A stretch of DNA of 64,000 nt from Azolla caroliniana (lineage: Eukaryota > Plantae > Polypodiophyta), in contig JBHGNT010000014.1 in the NCBI GenBank assembly GCA_043228905.1, positions 18,910,001-18,974,000 on the forward strand, given 5' to 3'. Position 1 is the first letter of the stretch. Each line of letters begins with the position of its first letter. This document shows positions 26,101-41,100 of the stretch, in pieces. A program made the position numbers and the translations under genes. The notes beneath the pieces are model-generated. The model was not told the origin of the DNA. It did not search any database and saw only the letters and a program-made list of their open reading frames with translations.

Positions 26101-29100
26101 ACATCTTATATCAGGCCAAAACCCTATTTCAACGTAACAAATCAAAATAAAATAACCAAACATAGGGTACTAAAGAATCCAGTGATATGACCACTTATGA
26201 TTCTTAGATTAACTAGAACTTCTGCTTTGAAAAATATCCAAAATGGGCTGCCTGAATATGGATAGACGTCTGGAGGGAAGCACTTCATTTGTTGATGAGA
26301 AGGGTGACAAGGTCATGTTTGACATAGTGGCAGTCTACGTGCATGACACATTGCTATTGCTTGAACTATTATAACTCTTTTTGGGTGTCTTTGTTGAGAC
26401 CTTACTTCTATAGCCGTTGATGGACTTGTAGCATGAGGTGGACCTAAAGAAAGTTATGATTGTTCTCTGTTAATGAGTTGGTGTGGTTATATTGTTGTCT
26501 TGCAACAAAGTCTTTCTTTGTTTCTTGAATTCTAGCATGAACAGTTCCGAGTATCATTGGTATTTGCATTCCATTACCTTGCATAGTGGGACAAAGCCTT
26601 GTTTGAATGCCAAATGGCCTATAAGATTGAACAAAAAATCACACTTGAAATGTTGTCTAGCTTTTTAGAACAAGAAACAAAAATAAATATAACTAGACAT
26701 AAAGGTAGTAAAGAATCTAGTTATCTAAGCGCTTAAGATTTTGAACTTCATGGTTGTTTACGTACCTAGTACATACTATATCTCAATGTTGTTCAGTCAA
26801 ATATCATGTACATTTGTCCAATACGGTATTTAACGTATTTATAAAAAAACAAGTATAATACGTATTTATAAAGAAAATGTAAGTAAAACCCCAACAAAAA
26901 GCAAAAGAAAAAAAAGATTTTAGTGACAAAGAAGCCAAAGGAAGGAAGAAAGAAGAATAGAAGAGACGAAAATGAAGAAGATGAAGAAGATGAAGAAGAT
27001 GAAGAAGATGAAGAAGATGAAGAGAGAAAAGCAGACATGAACCTGTCCTGACTCTGAGTGTGATAATTGTAGTAGATAGAAGAAGAAGAAGAAGAAGAAA
27101 ACGAAGAAAAGAGAAACCTACCATGAGTGTGATAATCGTAGACGATTCCTCAATCTATGAAGCCATAATTGTAAATAATTACAATTTGAAGTAGAACATC
27201 GTGATACACACTCACACTGATTTATAGAATAAGGGAATGTCGACATCCATATTACTACAAGTATTTTAGGATGTGAAATGTTCAAATGTCTTATATGCAT
27301 TTTAGGATGTAGAACTATATTGTACATCACAAAATTGTGTAAACATAGATGTTTTTTACAATATTATAGATATTTTTTAGAAAGGTAAATAATTTTCAAA
27401 TTCTAGAAGTATTTAACGTACTATACGTAAAATACGTAAAATACGTATTTTATAAGTATTTAACATATTAAGAAAACATATTTAACGTATTTTTAAAATT
27501 GGAGGTACTATACGCGTATTAATACGTTATATACGTTTGGTATCCGTACCGTACCTAATGTACCTAACAACCTTGCCGAACTTAGATATGCCAAAACTTC
27601 TGTCTTCTAAAGATCTCTAACATTGGCCCACCCAAGTTGAAGAGGTCTTGGAAGTGAGGGTAGCACCTTTGGTGCCAGGTGGCAATGGCATCTATCTATT
27701 AGTGACAAGGATGATGGAAACGTGTTGATCCATGTTCTTTCATGATCCAATGTAATGATATCAGCTTGGATCATTGTATTCTTCTCCACTTTGTCCATGT
27801 CTAAAAGTGGACAATCCATGATATATTGGAAAATGGGTACTGCATTTATATTTATGCCATCTGATTGGAACCACTGTTGCATTTCAGCAGACCACCAATG
27901 ACTTATCTACATGGTCCGTGGGTTATTTTGATAATATAAGTACCAGTTTTCAGGGCCTTTGTTTCAAAGCTCCCAAATCATGGTCATCAGAATAATGCCT
28001 CAGTCAATATGGGGCTGCTTCCATCTCTGCCTGAACTATATCGTGGGAAACTGATGCTTTACTCCCATGATATAGTTCAAGTTGTGTGCTCTATGTCTTG
28101 GTTCACAAATTTCTACTCTATACATAAGAATCATTGTCACAAGTGTATTAAACAACAGTTATTATGTCCCAAACCAAAATAAATATGATTGAACGTAGGG
28201 CACTAAAGAGACTCACATCAAGACCGATTATCTTCACAAGAACATCTATAACATAGAATGTTGCGAAGCTGGCTTCAATACGATTGCGATGGGCAGTTAG
28301 TACTGGAGGTTGTCCTGCGAAATGTGAAGAAAGCCATGTATAGTTGACAAGCACAACCCCTCTTATTACTGGACCATACATCGGACTTGTAACAATCCTG
28401 AAGCAAAATTTCTGAACTCTTGATGGTGGATCTTTCAGTTTGTGAAGAGGTTTCATGCTCTGAATAATCCTGTTTGTATCTCTCAGAAGCTTTTGCCTCT
28501 CAGTAAGAAGTTTTGAGCCTGATATCAATCCAAACTGGTCAATGAAGACACCTACAAACATGCGGAGGATGAAGAAACCACCAACACATACAAAAGCAAT
28601 GAAGTAGAAACTGTGCAAGGGACTGCTGTCCCTGGCAGGTTGAGTTCCTTTGGATCCTCGGATATCCATGGCTGGATAAATGAAGCCAAGCTACACACAT
28701 AAGATCAATTTTGAGCTTGTATAGTGAGCTATATCAGCCATATAATCAAATAAACACATCATATTATTTAATGTCTTCTTTGTCGTTTTTATAACCATAT
28801 AAGGAATAATATTTTTACTTGTAATACCTAACGGGTATTGTAGGACATTTTAGTCTTCTCTAAACATTAATACATCTCATTTCCTTATTTCTCCTATGTA
28901 TGGACAGGGAGGCAGCGAAACAAAGGACTCTCATGAGGACATGTGCGATGAAATCTTTTCCATGGTTCACAACACATTCTTTTCTTTTTCTTTCAAAACA
29001 TTAATACCTCTCCTTTCCTAATTTCTCCTATGTATGGACAGGGAGGCAGTGAAACAAAGGACTCTCATGAGGACATGTGAGATGAAATCGTTTCCATGAT

Positions 29101-32100
29101 TCACAAAACATTATTTTCTCTTTCTTGATATGAATTTGAATAGGTAGTACCCTCCACATTTTTTCTATACGAATTCGAAGGCTTTGTTTTTTTATTTTGA
29201 ATCTTGTCCATGTTTTCAAGTTGTATATCCTCCAAGTTTTGATTTCACATTTAACTATATTCTCTTGCATTACTCTCAATGATTACAAAATGTTACTAAT
29301 CACCAACCACGATGGCTGGACTTGAGAGATACATTGCATGAGACATGAGGTTTCTGTTGTAATTTCGAAAATCGGGAATGTTTTCCTCTTCATCTTCTAA
29401 AAATATCTCATTAAGTACTGTAAGCTGAAATGATACTGGTCAAAAATATTTTCCAAGAAAATATTTTACTTTAATTTTAAATTATCTATTCAGCTCTATA
29501 AATTACTTACATCATTGGTCATTGATGGAATGTTGGATATCCACTAAAAACCCTGTGTCATCTACGAATATAGTCTTAGGACTAGAATAACACTTCAATT
29601 GTACAGCCATAACATGGAAAATGGGTTTAGGTTTAACATAGTCCAGTTTTCACAAAATAAATGAAGACAATAGAAAGAATGAACTCTCCTACAGAGCCTT
29701 ATGACGTAAAGGGATGTAAACACTCTTTTGTAATCACCATTAGGTACATGATTCAATTAGTGGTCTTATTATATTTACCTAATCTATGATCTTTTATAGC
29801 TATGCCAGTTACTTAATACATTTGAATTATTATTACAACAAACACATACTTGTATATTGTCAAATGTTGATACGACGAAAAGAGATAAAAGAGCATGAGG
29901 GAAGTTGTCAAAATGAAAAGGGAGATTAGCCCAAACACGTGGAGTTAATATTAGACCATTGTTCATGCCTGGTCCAACACAATAAGCTTTATGATCAACA
30001 TCTGAACTGCATGATGAGAAACGCCCATGAAAAATCTCAATGCCAATAGCAGCAAAAACTGAGAAAACTGCTAATGTAAATGCCAACACTGACGTCACTG
30101 CAGGTAAAGTGCGCAGCAAATTTGTTGTCAATACTTTCATCCCTTGTATACGACATAATAAACGTAACGGTCTGAGTGAACTAAGAATACGAACAACCGT
30201 GAGCTGCATAGGGTTCCAACTTGGTACCAAAAACAGTGCATCCAAAAGGAGTAGAAAAAGGTCTAGAAAATTGTATAAGTCCCCAAGATAAGGATCTGGG
30301 GTAAAGAGAAAACCAAACGCAATAACTTTCATAAACAATTCCAATGTGAAAACCTGTAAAAGATTCCAAGTTTTGTATCATCGATCTTGACGTAAAATTG
30401 CGAAAAAAATATCTGATATATCTATCTATATCTATATATATATATATAGTATTTACCATAAAAATTATTCAATCTATTTTTGTTAATGTGTGTTGCATGT
30501 ATGGATGCAAAATACTGGTTTAAATAAACAATCTGCATGATGAATACTTCAACCTTTTTACCCAAAGGTACTATAGCAGAACAAAATATAACACTCTACG
30601 TATTTCTCTTTAGAATGTATGCACTATAATAAATGCAGTGCTTTACAGAGATCTTCATTAACATGATAAGATTAAAACAAGAATTCCCATTATTACTCAT
30701 TCAGAACCACAATTCTTAATATTAAAGGAAAAAATGGCATGTAAAATACCACCCAGTAGCAACCATGATTCTTATTAAGAGAGGAAAAACGGAAGAGATG
30801 AGTTGTAGGCTAAAGACTTGATCATCTGTTTCACGGACATGGAAAAAAATAAAAGCTTCCTATTCAAGTAAGAAAGAAATATATATTGATATCTTATAAG
30901 AGGCTGAAATGGCATATAAGACCAAGCAAGAGATTGTATCTTTAGTGTTCTCTTGTTTGGAGAACAACAAACCAAAATAAATGTTGCTAAGCAAGAAAAA
31001 AAAGTAAAAAAGTGACGACAGAATCTTGTTATTGGTAAGTGTAAGATTCTCAAGGCAGATATATTGTAACTGCTGTCTTTAAAATATCTCTAGCATAGGT
31101 CGATCCAGATAGAGAGGTCTCTGAAGCGAGGGAAGCACCTAGATGGAGGGAGATAATAGCCTTTATCTCTTAATGACAAGGGTGGTGAGATCATCGTCCA
31201 TGAGGCCAAGGCCTGCGTGCACAAAAAATTGCTATTGCCTTATCTATTGTAACCCCTTTGCTATGTCCTGGTCAGGATTCCATTTGTGTAGCCCTTTGTA
31301 CTGATGGGGCTAAAGAAAGTTGTGATTGCTCTTTGTTGATGAGCTTGACTCCCTGTGTATCTTGAGTTCTAGCAAGAAAAGACCCAAGCACCGTTGGTCC
31401 TCATTTTCCATTAACTTGCATAGTGGGCCTAAGCCTTGCTTAAAGAGGAAAATGTATAGTGTTCTTCAGATTCCACCCTAGAGGTATTTCTGCATATCTC
31501 CCTACCTCAATGTTTAACCTACGTGATGAAGTTTTAAGCTGCCCTATCACATTGCGCACCCATCCTCCGATGTGTGTAAAAAGTGTGTCTTATAGTGGGA
31601 CATATTTCTACTAAGTGATTTTCTGGGGCTGATCCATGTTTTCCAAGTTAAGAGTATTAGTTGGGATCACTCTATTCTGTTTCACTTTGGAATGGGGGTA
31701 GTGCATTTACACTTATGCCATGTGACTTGATCCATTGTTGCCATCCAAAGCGACTGCAACAGGGATAGGGGAAATTGGGATTCAATATGGGCATAGCAAA
31801 CATCTGAAGTGTAACCACACACTCACTGTTCAAAAAATTCACAAAGATCAATTACATTTGTGTTAGATGATGAATTAGCAACCCTGCTCAGCATCTCAGA
31901 CAAGAGAAGCATACTAAAGGGTGACAATATGACCTCACTCCAACTCAAGTAGCACATCACAAAGAAAACATCCCAAGAGTGATTGACACAAGAAATGAAG
32001 GAAGATGGGCTCTATATAGAGATGGTAAGGTCATTATAACAAAGAAGAGAGCCAGTATTTTGAGTCCATCTTGTGCATAAGGATGTAGATGTGCATTATA

Positions 32101-35100
32101 TTTGGATAACAATCAAAAGAGGGGATCATAGAGAGCTATATATTGTGATTTTCTACTTTCCACCTGCCTACTCGAGGTTTCAACCCCTTGGAGAATCAAC
32201 AACTCTACCATTATATGATGATATCAAAAGATTTTCTAGTATGGGGGATATAGTACTATTAGGAGACTTCAATACACGAGCTAAGGATGATCAAACAACT
32301 GTGTTTGACACAAGTGAGACTGTATCTGAAATAGGGAAGAAGAAGCTGGTCTAAAAGACAAGCTCAAAGATATGAGTGAAGTTACAGAATATGCCAAACA
32401 CTTTCTAGCCTTAGGAAGTGCACCTGGATTTGGAATAACTAATGGTTTGCCACAAATTCTGGAGCTATGAGTGCAAGTCTAATATTTTGTTTTACTTACT
32501 CCATATGATCCTATTTGGACATAATATAATTATCTTTTACAGCAGACAAAACTATAGTATGTTCCTTTTTTGACATCATCTGCAATATCTTAGCAAGTAC
32601 TAAATATAGGGAGGTTGTAAATATTGCCTCAAGAAACTTGACTATTGTGATTCATTCCTTTATTCCTTGTAGACATGTTTTGTTGGCACATGTCAGGAGA
32701 AACATTCGACATTGATGGCCTTTAATAAAAAAATGCAGATTGCCTCAAGACAAACTTGGCTCACAGATCAGGGAATTCTTTGAGCTATGAGGACAAATAT
32801 GTAGGCTATGAGGTAGGATATTACCTAATCATAGTAAGGATGATCAGGACCAATTTACCAACGTTAAGATGAAAGATCACATCATGGCACATTTGGACAT
32901 CTAGATGCAACAAGACGATAGATTAATAGATGACATTTCATGCATAGATGGAATAAATTTCACATTGGAAAGCTTCAAATTTCAAAGTCAAAATCTTGGA
33001 TTTAAATATACCAATCTTTTATATATCAAACATAAGTTAATGAGTAAGACTTCTTACCGCAAAGACAAATTGATTGAGATGAGCGAAGAGAGGAGCAAGG
33101 GGAGCAGTCTGTGACATGGTAATGACGACTACCACGCTAATTATAATTGAGCATGTGATAAAGAGAGTGAACAGCCTTGATTCTACAATTTTCTGGCATA
33201 TGACTCTTATAGAGTTCTCTGGCGAGAACAAGAATAATGAAGTATCTGATAAGTACCATGGTGTTTTTTCTCTCAGGCTGAAGCTTCTGCCTAGCTCTTC
33301 AAATTCTTCTAACTGGAAAGATGCTCGTGATTCTGATCTTGTAACTACTTTTTTGGATTGCTGCTGTTTCAACACAGATAACTCTTGATCTTCACCAAGA
33401 CCTTCTGTAGGACCATCGGATGATCCATCATTTACCAATGCTAAGACAGACTTGCGAAGTGCTGTACCTGGTGCTTCTGGGGTAGATGAACCAAAAGAAA
33501 AACCAATACTCTGAAGCATTTGAGAAGACCTTCGCGTGAGGTTTTGGGGAACAGCACTGCTGGTAGATGGTGTATCTTGCCCTGCATAAGAAGTGCTCGT
33601 TGAAGAAGATCCTATAGAATCAGGGGGGAAAGATATATTTGAATGTTCTGTGTTTGCCTGCCCAGGAACTATTGCAGGTGATGTTTTGTTTATTGCAGAA
33701 TGCTGGCCTGACTTATTCGTATATTTTGATCCTGCCTCTGTCTTGGAAATAGGGATGGAGATGGCTTTGACTTTCTTGGTGTATAGCCTATCTGATATGC
33801 TCTTAACCCTTGCAGTTGCACCTTCCACTGCACCTACTAACCATGTTCCACTCCCCTTAGATGATAGAAGACGATTTTGCCGTGATTTAAGGTGCTTAAG
33901 ATATTCTGCCTGCAAGGCCACCAGATGTATAAATGATCCAACACATTGTAAGATTAAATACATCATGCATGTAATATAGTCACATGATTACCTTCTGAAT
34001 CTTCTTCTTTTGAGCATCAGAGAGCTCAGATTTCTCCAAAATAACTGCGATAACAAGGTTAAGAACCAGAAACACAGTGATGATGAAATATATTACAAAC
34101 AAGAAGGGTGCAAACCATCTGTCAATCACAAAGACAAAATCGAGATTAGAATTAACAAAACTCTGCAATTTTTCTACGAACTCATCTTTGATTTTTTTTA
34201 TGGAGAAAATGGAATTTGGGATGGAGAGGGTTCCGTTTTTTGTAAAAGATCAGGGTTCATCTGAAATCCTATATAAAACTGTAAAAACAATCAAGAAAGA
34301 GCCTAGACAAACTTTTGTCAATTTGTAAGAAAAACGATTGGTAGCTGGTGAGTGGAAGCCTTGAATTGTCACCATGAAAACCCCGTGCACTAAAACTTTT
34401 GAGAAGAGACTACCCTCCAGAAGGAAAGAAGAATGATATATTACTGTAACTAAATGGCCAAAATGTCTTGTGAAGACCTACCAAAGGTTACAACTGTTTA
34501 TGTTAACTCCTCAATGCAACAAAACATATAAAAATGAAACCCTAAATGAAAATTATTCAAACATCGATACAAGAAAGTGAGGCACATGCTTCCTAGAAAG
34601 AAAGAATGAATGAATGAATGATACATTAACATGTTTTTAAGGGACCAAACAAGAGATTACATCTCAAAATGTTGTCTCGTCTTTGAGGTCAAAGAAAAAA
34701 TATATGTAAAAAAAGTAAATAAAAATAAAACATGACTTGAGAATCTCGTTATAGCTACATGTAACATTATCAAGTGAGATCGCTTAAAATTTTTGTCTTA
34801 GGAAGTTCTCTAGCATAGGCTGATCCAAAATGGAGAGATTTATGAAGTGAGGAAACACCTGCAATGGTGGGAGATAACGGACTTTAGAAGTCAATGACTT
34901 GTAGAATATTTAGCATACGTATTCAACAACAATGAACCAACGTGAAGAAGTTCACAATTGCCCTGTCACACTGAGCAGCGGAATAGATGTATGTCCATAT
35001 AAGAGTTCCTGATGATAAATCCACCAAGAGATGTTGATGCATTTTCTTCCCTTATCTAATTTGACAATCAAAATCCTTCCAATTATTATCCTTGTTAAGA

Positions 35101-38100
35101 CTCGGCCCCCAGGTTTTTACTCCATAGAGAACAGTTTGTGTGACGAGTGTATTAAATAACCAGAAGTTAGTTCTGTCCAGCTTGTAGTGAAACCTTCACA
35201 CATAGCTTTATTAAACATGTGTGCTAGAAATGGGAACAAGGTGTCACAGGCATGGATATAGTGCTCACCTACCAATCCCAAATTGTAATTGTGGTGTAAA
35301 AAAAGTGGGGAGCTTCCCAAGGATATCATATAGTATCTTTGCAGATTCATGCCACACCTAAGATAAAGTCAGTTATGTGGTAGGTTTCCTCTAACTAAAC
35401 ATTTTCAATGCTCTTTTACTTTCTAGGAACAAGTGATACACACGGGTGCATTGTCAGTTGTATGGAGAAAGGCATGCTAGGACAGATAGTTTCATATAGA
35501 TAAATTCATGCTTTCTGTGTCAAATAATTTCTAAGATATTAGGTATACTTACTTATTTACACCGTTTGTTCGCATCGCATTCCACATCTGGTTTACCCAC
35601 ATGTCTGCTGTTGTGCAGGTAAACCATAGAAACATTGCACTAAATATGCTATCAAAATTATCTCTGGGGTACTCATCTGGGAAATCATAATATCTCCCTG
35701 AATACAGCTCCATGCCAATCACAGAAAACACAAAAATAATGAAAACATAGAAGAATGAAACCGCTGACATAGAACCCAATCCTGCAATGCAATCAGCCTG
35801 CACAAAGAAATGACATTCTCATTTGGCATTGGAATTTCCATGCAGTACAATGTCCACTGACCAAATGCAGGTAACAGAAATAGGTAGAATATATGATTCA
35901 TGTTATTTCCTAAAGGTATGCAATCATTATGCAAACAATATTTTGTGCTTGTGCATAAACATGATAATTTCCATATCTGACTGGATTAGGCCTTAAGACC
36001 ACAAAATATGCTGAGCTTGGGGGGAAGTACAAGTACAAAAACGAAAAATGAGATTGAGACGAAGGAGCACAAGGAGAATCAGCATGACAAAAGAGGAAGA
36101 ATGAGACCGGCATTGACAAAGTAAGCCCGGCACATCTAATCTGACTTCAACCGGCAAGTTGGAGGAAAACTTTTCAAAACCCTGAATTTTGAAGTTAGAG
36201 ATAAATCTGACCGTGAATCAGTACCCTTGACAAGCCCGAAATTTTGGATCAGCAAGATCAACCTTGCCAGATCAAGATCAAGTACATGGGAGCAATGTGA
36301 AAACCACAGTCCAGCAGTTCGAGCAACTGCGACTGAGTCTTCAACTACACCAAGAAAACCAAGCTTAAGTGGACACATAACCAACCATGAGGGGGCATGT
36401 TGAGAATCAAGCTCAACTTGTGTGAACATGTGCTTATGGAGAAAAGCACAATGTGCGAAAAAGTGTGTGCACACACTTTATTGTAATCCATGTGAACTAT
36501 CTAGTTAACTAGATTGTGATGTCTAGTTAGTTGTCAAGTGTAAATGTGGCCAAAGAATATTAGATATTCTTATGACAGAATCATACTCGAGTGGATATCT
36601 ATGAGTAGATTCCATCAACCACATTTAATGTGGCAGTCCCTTGAGAACTTGTATATAAAACCCCCTTCGTTCATTGTATGGTTAAGGTATGGAACTGTCA
36701 TGATATTTTACAAACATCTGGGATCACATCCTTGAGAAACATCATAAAAATGTATACTATCAGTGATTGATATATTTAAATGTTGGAAACATTCTTCACA
36801 TACAGTAGAAACATTCCCTTACTTTCATAAACTACAACATTTGAATGTTCATAGCAAGTAGAGATAAGAGATGAAATATTGTATTCCAATAATATGAATA
36901 GGAGTAGACAAGCATAGTAATATATAGAAAACACAGATGTATGTGATACGAACGTCTTAATATATAAAACCACTTACAACAACAGAAGTGTGCTTTTTTG
37001 TCTCTTTCTTGTTAATGTAAAACCAACGCATTATCCTTGCTCCAGAAATATTTGGATATGCACGTGTCATAACAGCACCCGCAGACATCGCAATCACAAA
37101 TGTGTCAAACATATTCATTTCTGCAACAGAGCATCAACATTAGGTTGCAAACCTTCCCCCTAGAGGGCTTACTCATGAGAATAGACAGATCTCTAGGACT
37201 ATATTAGTGAGAGATGAAGATGCTATTTTGTGGGTATACAAAAGGCATCCGAGACAAGATTCAATGAGAACCTAAGAATTGATCCATCCCAACATATGTT
37301 GATGAGATCAACCCCTTTCTTCCTCAAATCATAATTGTTAAAAAAACATGTATTTATAATACGAAGTATTTAACACATATTCAACATTTTAGAACTGTCA
37401 TTTCAAAATGTTTCGTATATTTAGCATATTTGAAGTATTCTATGTATTTAACAAGTATTTTACGTTTACAAAAGTTTAAAAAGTATTTTTAGAGAAACAA
37501 GTTTTCAAAAATTGAAAAAAGTAACAAAATTTGGCCAAAAACAATTGTTAGATGAAATATGAACACAAGAAGTATTTAACGTATTCTACATATTTTATCT
37601 GTAGAATAAGTATTGTAAGTATTTAAGAAAAGATAGTAGCATATGTACTGTATGCTAAGTATTCCACAGCTATGGATGAGACATCTAGATACAAAGAGAG
37701 ATTGGGTGGTTCAAGAGCATGCTTTAGTAGGGGTAGCCACACCAATGCCAATGACATTGTGTTGCCCTCTGCCTCTCCACGAGAACTACAAATATATCTA
37801 AATGCTTTAAAGTTATTTTGTTACATTTTTGTCCGTCAACCTTAATAATCTAAATTGACGGTGTTTAACACCATTAATGCATGACAATATAACCAGGAAT
37901 AGAATTCTTAGACACAAAATTATCAGGCCTTATATAAACTGTGCCATTAGGGAGTGGAAACAGAGGAACACCAGGGAGATACCACAGGCTCTTCAAACAA
38001 GCTTTTGGCCTGCCATGCAAGGTCATGAAATATGAAGACAAATGTTTCTTGAGACCCTTCTTGCTAGATTTCAAGAGATGTAGAGAGAAGTTGTTGAAGA

Positions 38101-41100
38101 ATAACAATAAAACCACAACAGCTCATCAATAGAAGAAGAAAAGTGACTTTCATTAACTCCATCTCTCCTCATTCTAAGTTCATGAAGATTACACAAGTGG
38201 GTTCTCGACCAAGACACTCAAAAAGGGTTTAAAAAGATCAGGCAACAGCAATGTGCCGTGCTCTTAGACTACAACCATCTGGTTCACGACCTTGTCATCC
38301 TCATCACTGAAAAATAAAGGAGAGTATCATCCAATGCCTAAGGTGCTTCTCTCTTATCCCTCTCCATCTTGGGGCCGCCCATGTTGGAGATTTTTTGCTG
38401 ACAAAAGTTCCAGTTAATCTAAATTCAAAATCTTAATTTCTTAGATATCTAGATTCTTTGGTAACCTGTGTTTAGTTATATTTATATTGATTTTTTCTTG
38501 TCCAAGATAAACGAGATTTTCAGATATAATCTCTATTTCTTTCTAATGGGCCATTTTGGCCCACTGAGAAATGTAATTTTTCTTTTCTTCATTCATTTCT
38601 TTTCTTTCTAGATATATTAATGTCAATGTTGTGAAGATAGGACAACTTTTCTGAGAAAATATGTCCAGTGAAATTGAGTGTGCATTAAACAAACAGGAGG
38701 ATGATTCAATTTCTTACGGTCATCTAAGAAATCCGTTAATCCCACCGCAAGAAATCTCAGAACCATTTCCACAGTAAAAGCAATGATAAATAGTGCCTCC
38801 ATTGCATCTGTAATTCTGTTAAAGATGACATATAAAAGAAAGCTGTTGCAATGGTCATAGGTTTGTTTTGATCATTTAAAGCATATATTGTCCTAGCACT
38901 TGACAGATTAACCATAATAGCACTTCATGAACTTTTTTGATTTGTTGTTCTCAAAGATGAGACAACACTTAAGATGTAATCTCTTGTTTGGTCTTATAGG
39001 CCATTTTGGCCTCTTAAAAGACGTTAATATCTCTTTCTTTCTTTCTTTCTAAAATAAATTCAACGCAAAAAAGGATACAAAGTGAATAAAGAAACTGTTT
39101 AGCAATTCCCTCATGACGAAGGCACAGAACAAGAAGATTGGCAGTGACTGCAAAGAGTTCTGAATATCTGAAAATTTTGCTTTTAACAATGGCACGGCAC
39201 CTCCCAGAAATACTCTTTCGTGCAGATCTGGCTCCCATAGATACTCCACGTGACATACTTCGTGAAAATGAGCGTGAAAACTTCCTGGATATTCAGTTAT
39301 TTATATTATAAATACACAGAAGCTGAAAATTGGACATGGTTTTACTTCTAAGAATATAAGGACATTTCGTAAGGACATTCATACTCATGTTTAATCTCAT
39401 AATGTATAAAACCACATACCTAGAAAGCATTGTACGCCCCTCTGGATCCCAATCAATATCATCGAAGTCTCCCAATGAATCTACACGCATGCTGTTACTG
39501 AAAGCTGATGGTCTGCCTTTCGACATTAACCTTTTCATCGATACACTTGTCTTGCACATTGCTTTGTTTAACTGGGCTTTCACTTTTTCAGACTTCATTT
39601 GGAATATCTCAATGCATGACATCTTGGTTTTGTCTTCTAGTATCACATCCTTAAGAATGCTTGCCATCACCGTAGCATTATAGAAGTTAAACTTCTTTTC
39701 ACTTCGACTTTTCTTCAATAAAGCCTACAATATTAGGTTTTTTGGTTCTTGATGTTAGAAAATGCAGGCATACATCTTTATATAACTAACCATTAAAGTT
39801 CCATCTGGAAAGACTGGTAGCTATCATCTTGCTATAAATTTACTTAATAGTTCAAATATTTCACAAAATTTGACCTGATGTTCATGCCGAACGCGAAGAA
39901 ATACTCCACTAACTGCAGCAACAACTATGTTGACAAGCAAGTACGATACAATAACAACCAATGTGATGAAGTATGCAACTGCAAAAAAGAAGGGACTGCA
40001 AATCTTTATTTTCAAAAGCACCTTCCATTGTTTTGATGAGGACAAATGACTTTTCTCAAATGGGTGGTAAATGGTCTTGTATATAAGTTCAAATGCAAGA
40101 TTGGTAGTCTTTTTTAAGATGTGCACAATCTTAGTACAAAAAGATGAGAAGTGAAATTTCCAAAATTATCTGCTTATGTGATTCAGCACATCATAAACCC
40201 CTCTACCAGCAAAGTGTAAGGCCTACCCACTATGAATTGACCCAATACACCTTAACTTAACCGCAAGGCATTAGTTATATATCTCAACCTCTCAATGCAG
40301 CAAATTATTATATTATAGATATGGATCTGCTCAATAAAACTGCTGTCCCAAAACTCTGCATCTGAAGCATCAGAAACAAATTCCAGTACAATGAAATTGC
40401 ATTTCTGCTCCTATGGACGTTTCATTGCAGAAATACATGTGTATAAGATGCAATCTCTTATTTGGTCTTATAGGCCATTTTGGCCTCTTAAAAGACGTTA
40501 ATATATCTTTCTTTCTCCAAGCTTATTGTAATGTGGGAAAATATAACCACTTTAATACTATAATCTCACATGTGTCAAAAATCAGATTCCCTCATCTGTT
40601 TTTATCTTATTACTGAGTAATACTTATCTTATTTTGATTTGTTGTTCTCAAAGACGAGACAACAATTAAGCTGCAATCTCTTGTTTGGTCTTATAGGCCA
40701 TTTTGGCCTCTTAAAAGACGTTAATATTTCTTTCTTTCTTTCTCCAATCTTATTGTAATGTGGGAAAATATAACCACTTTAATATTATAATCTATAAGTA
40801 GTTTAGACACACACTATTCGCCAAATTGAGCTAAGTTACAACCATTATTTTCTTGAAACTCTTCATCTACCCATCTTCCCTGATTCAGGTTCCCGGTGAT
40901 CCCACTTGAGTAGCACATGTACAAGCGTATTTCCCGCAACAGCATTTAAAGAAACTAGCTTTAGAGNNNNNNNNNNNNNNNNNNNNNNNNNNNNNNNNNN
41001 NNNNNNNNNNNNNNNNNNNNNNNNNNNNNNNNNNNNNNNNNNNNNNNNNNNNNNNNNNNNNNNNNNGAAGGTGATCTGCTGATGGTGACCATAAGCTCTC

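Noticed and set aside
26793-27124. Poly-Ser and (LHL)n ORFs
   Set aside because: These are translations of a GAAGATGAA microsatellite inside a MITE.
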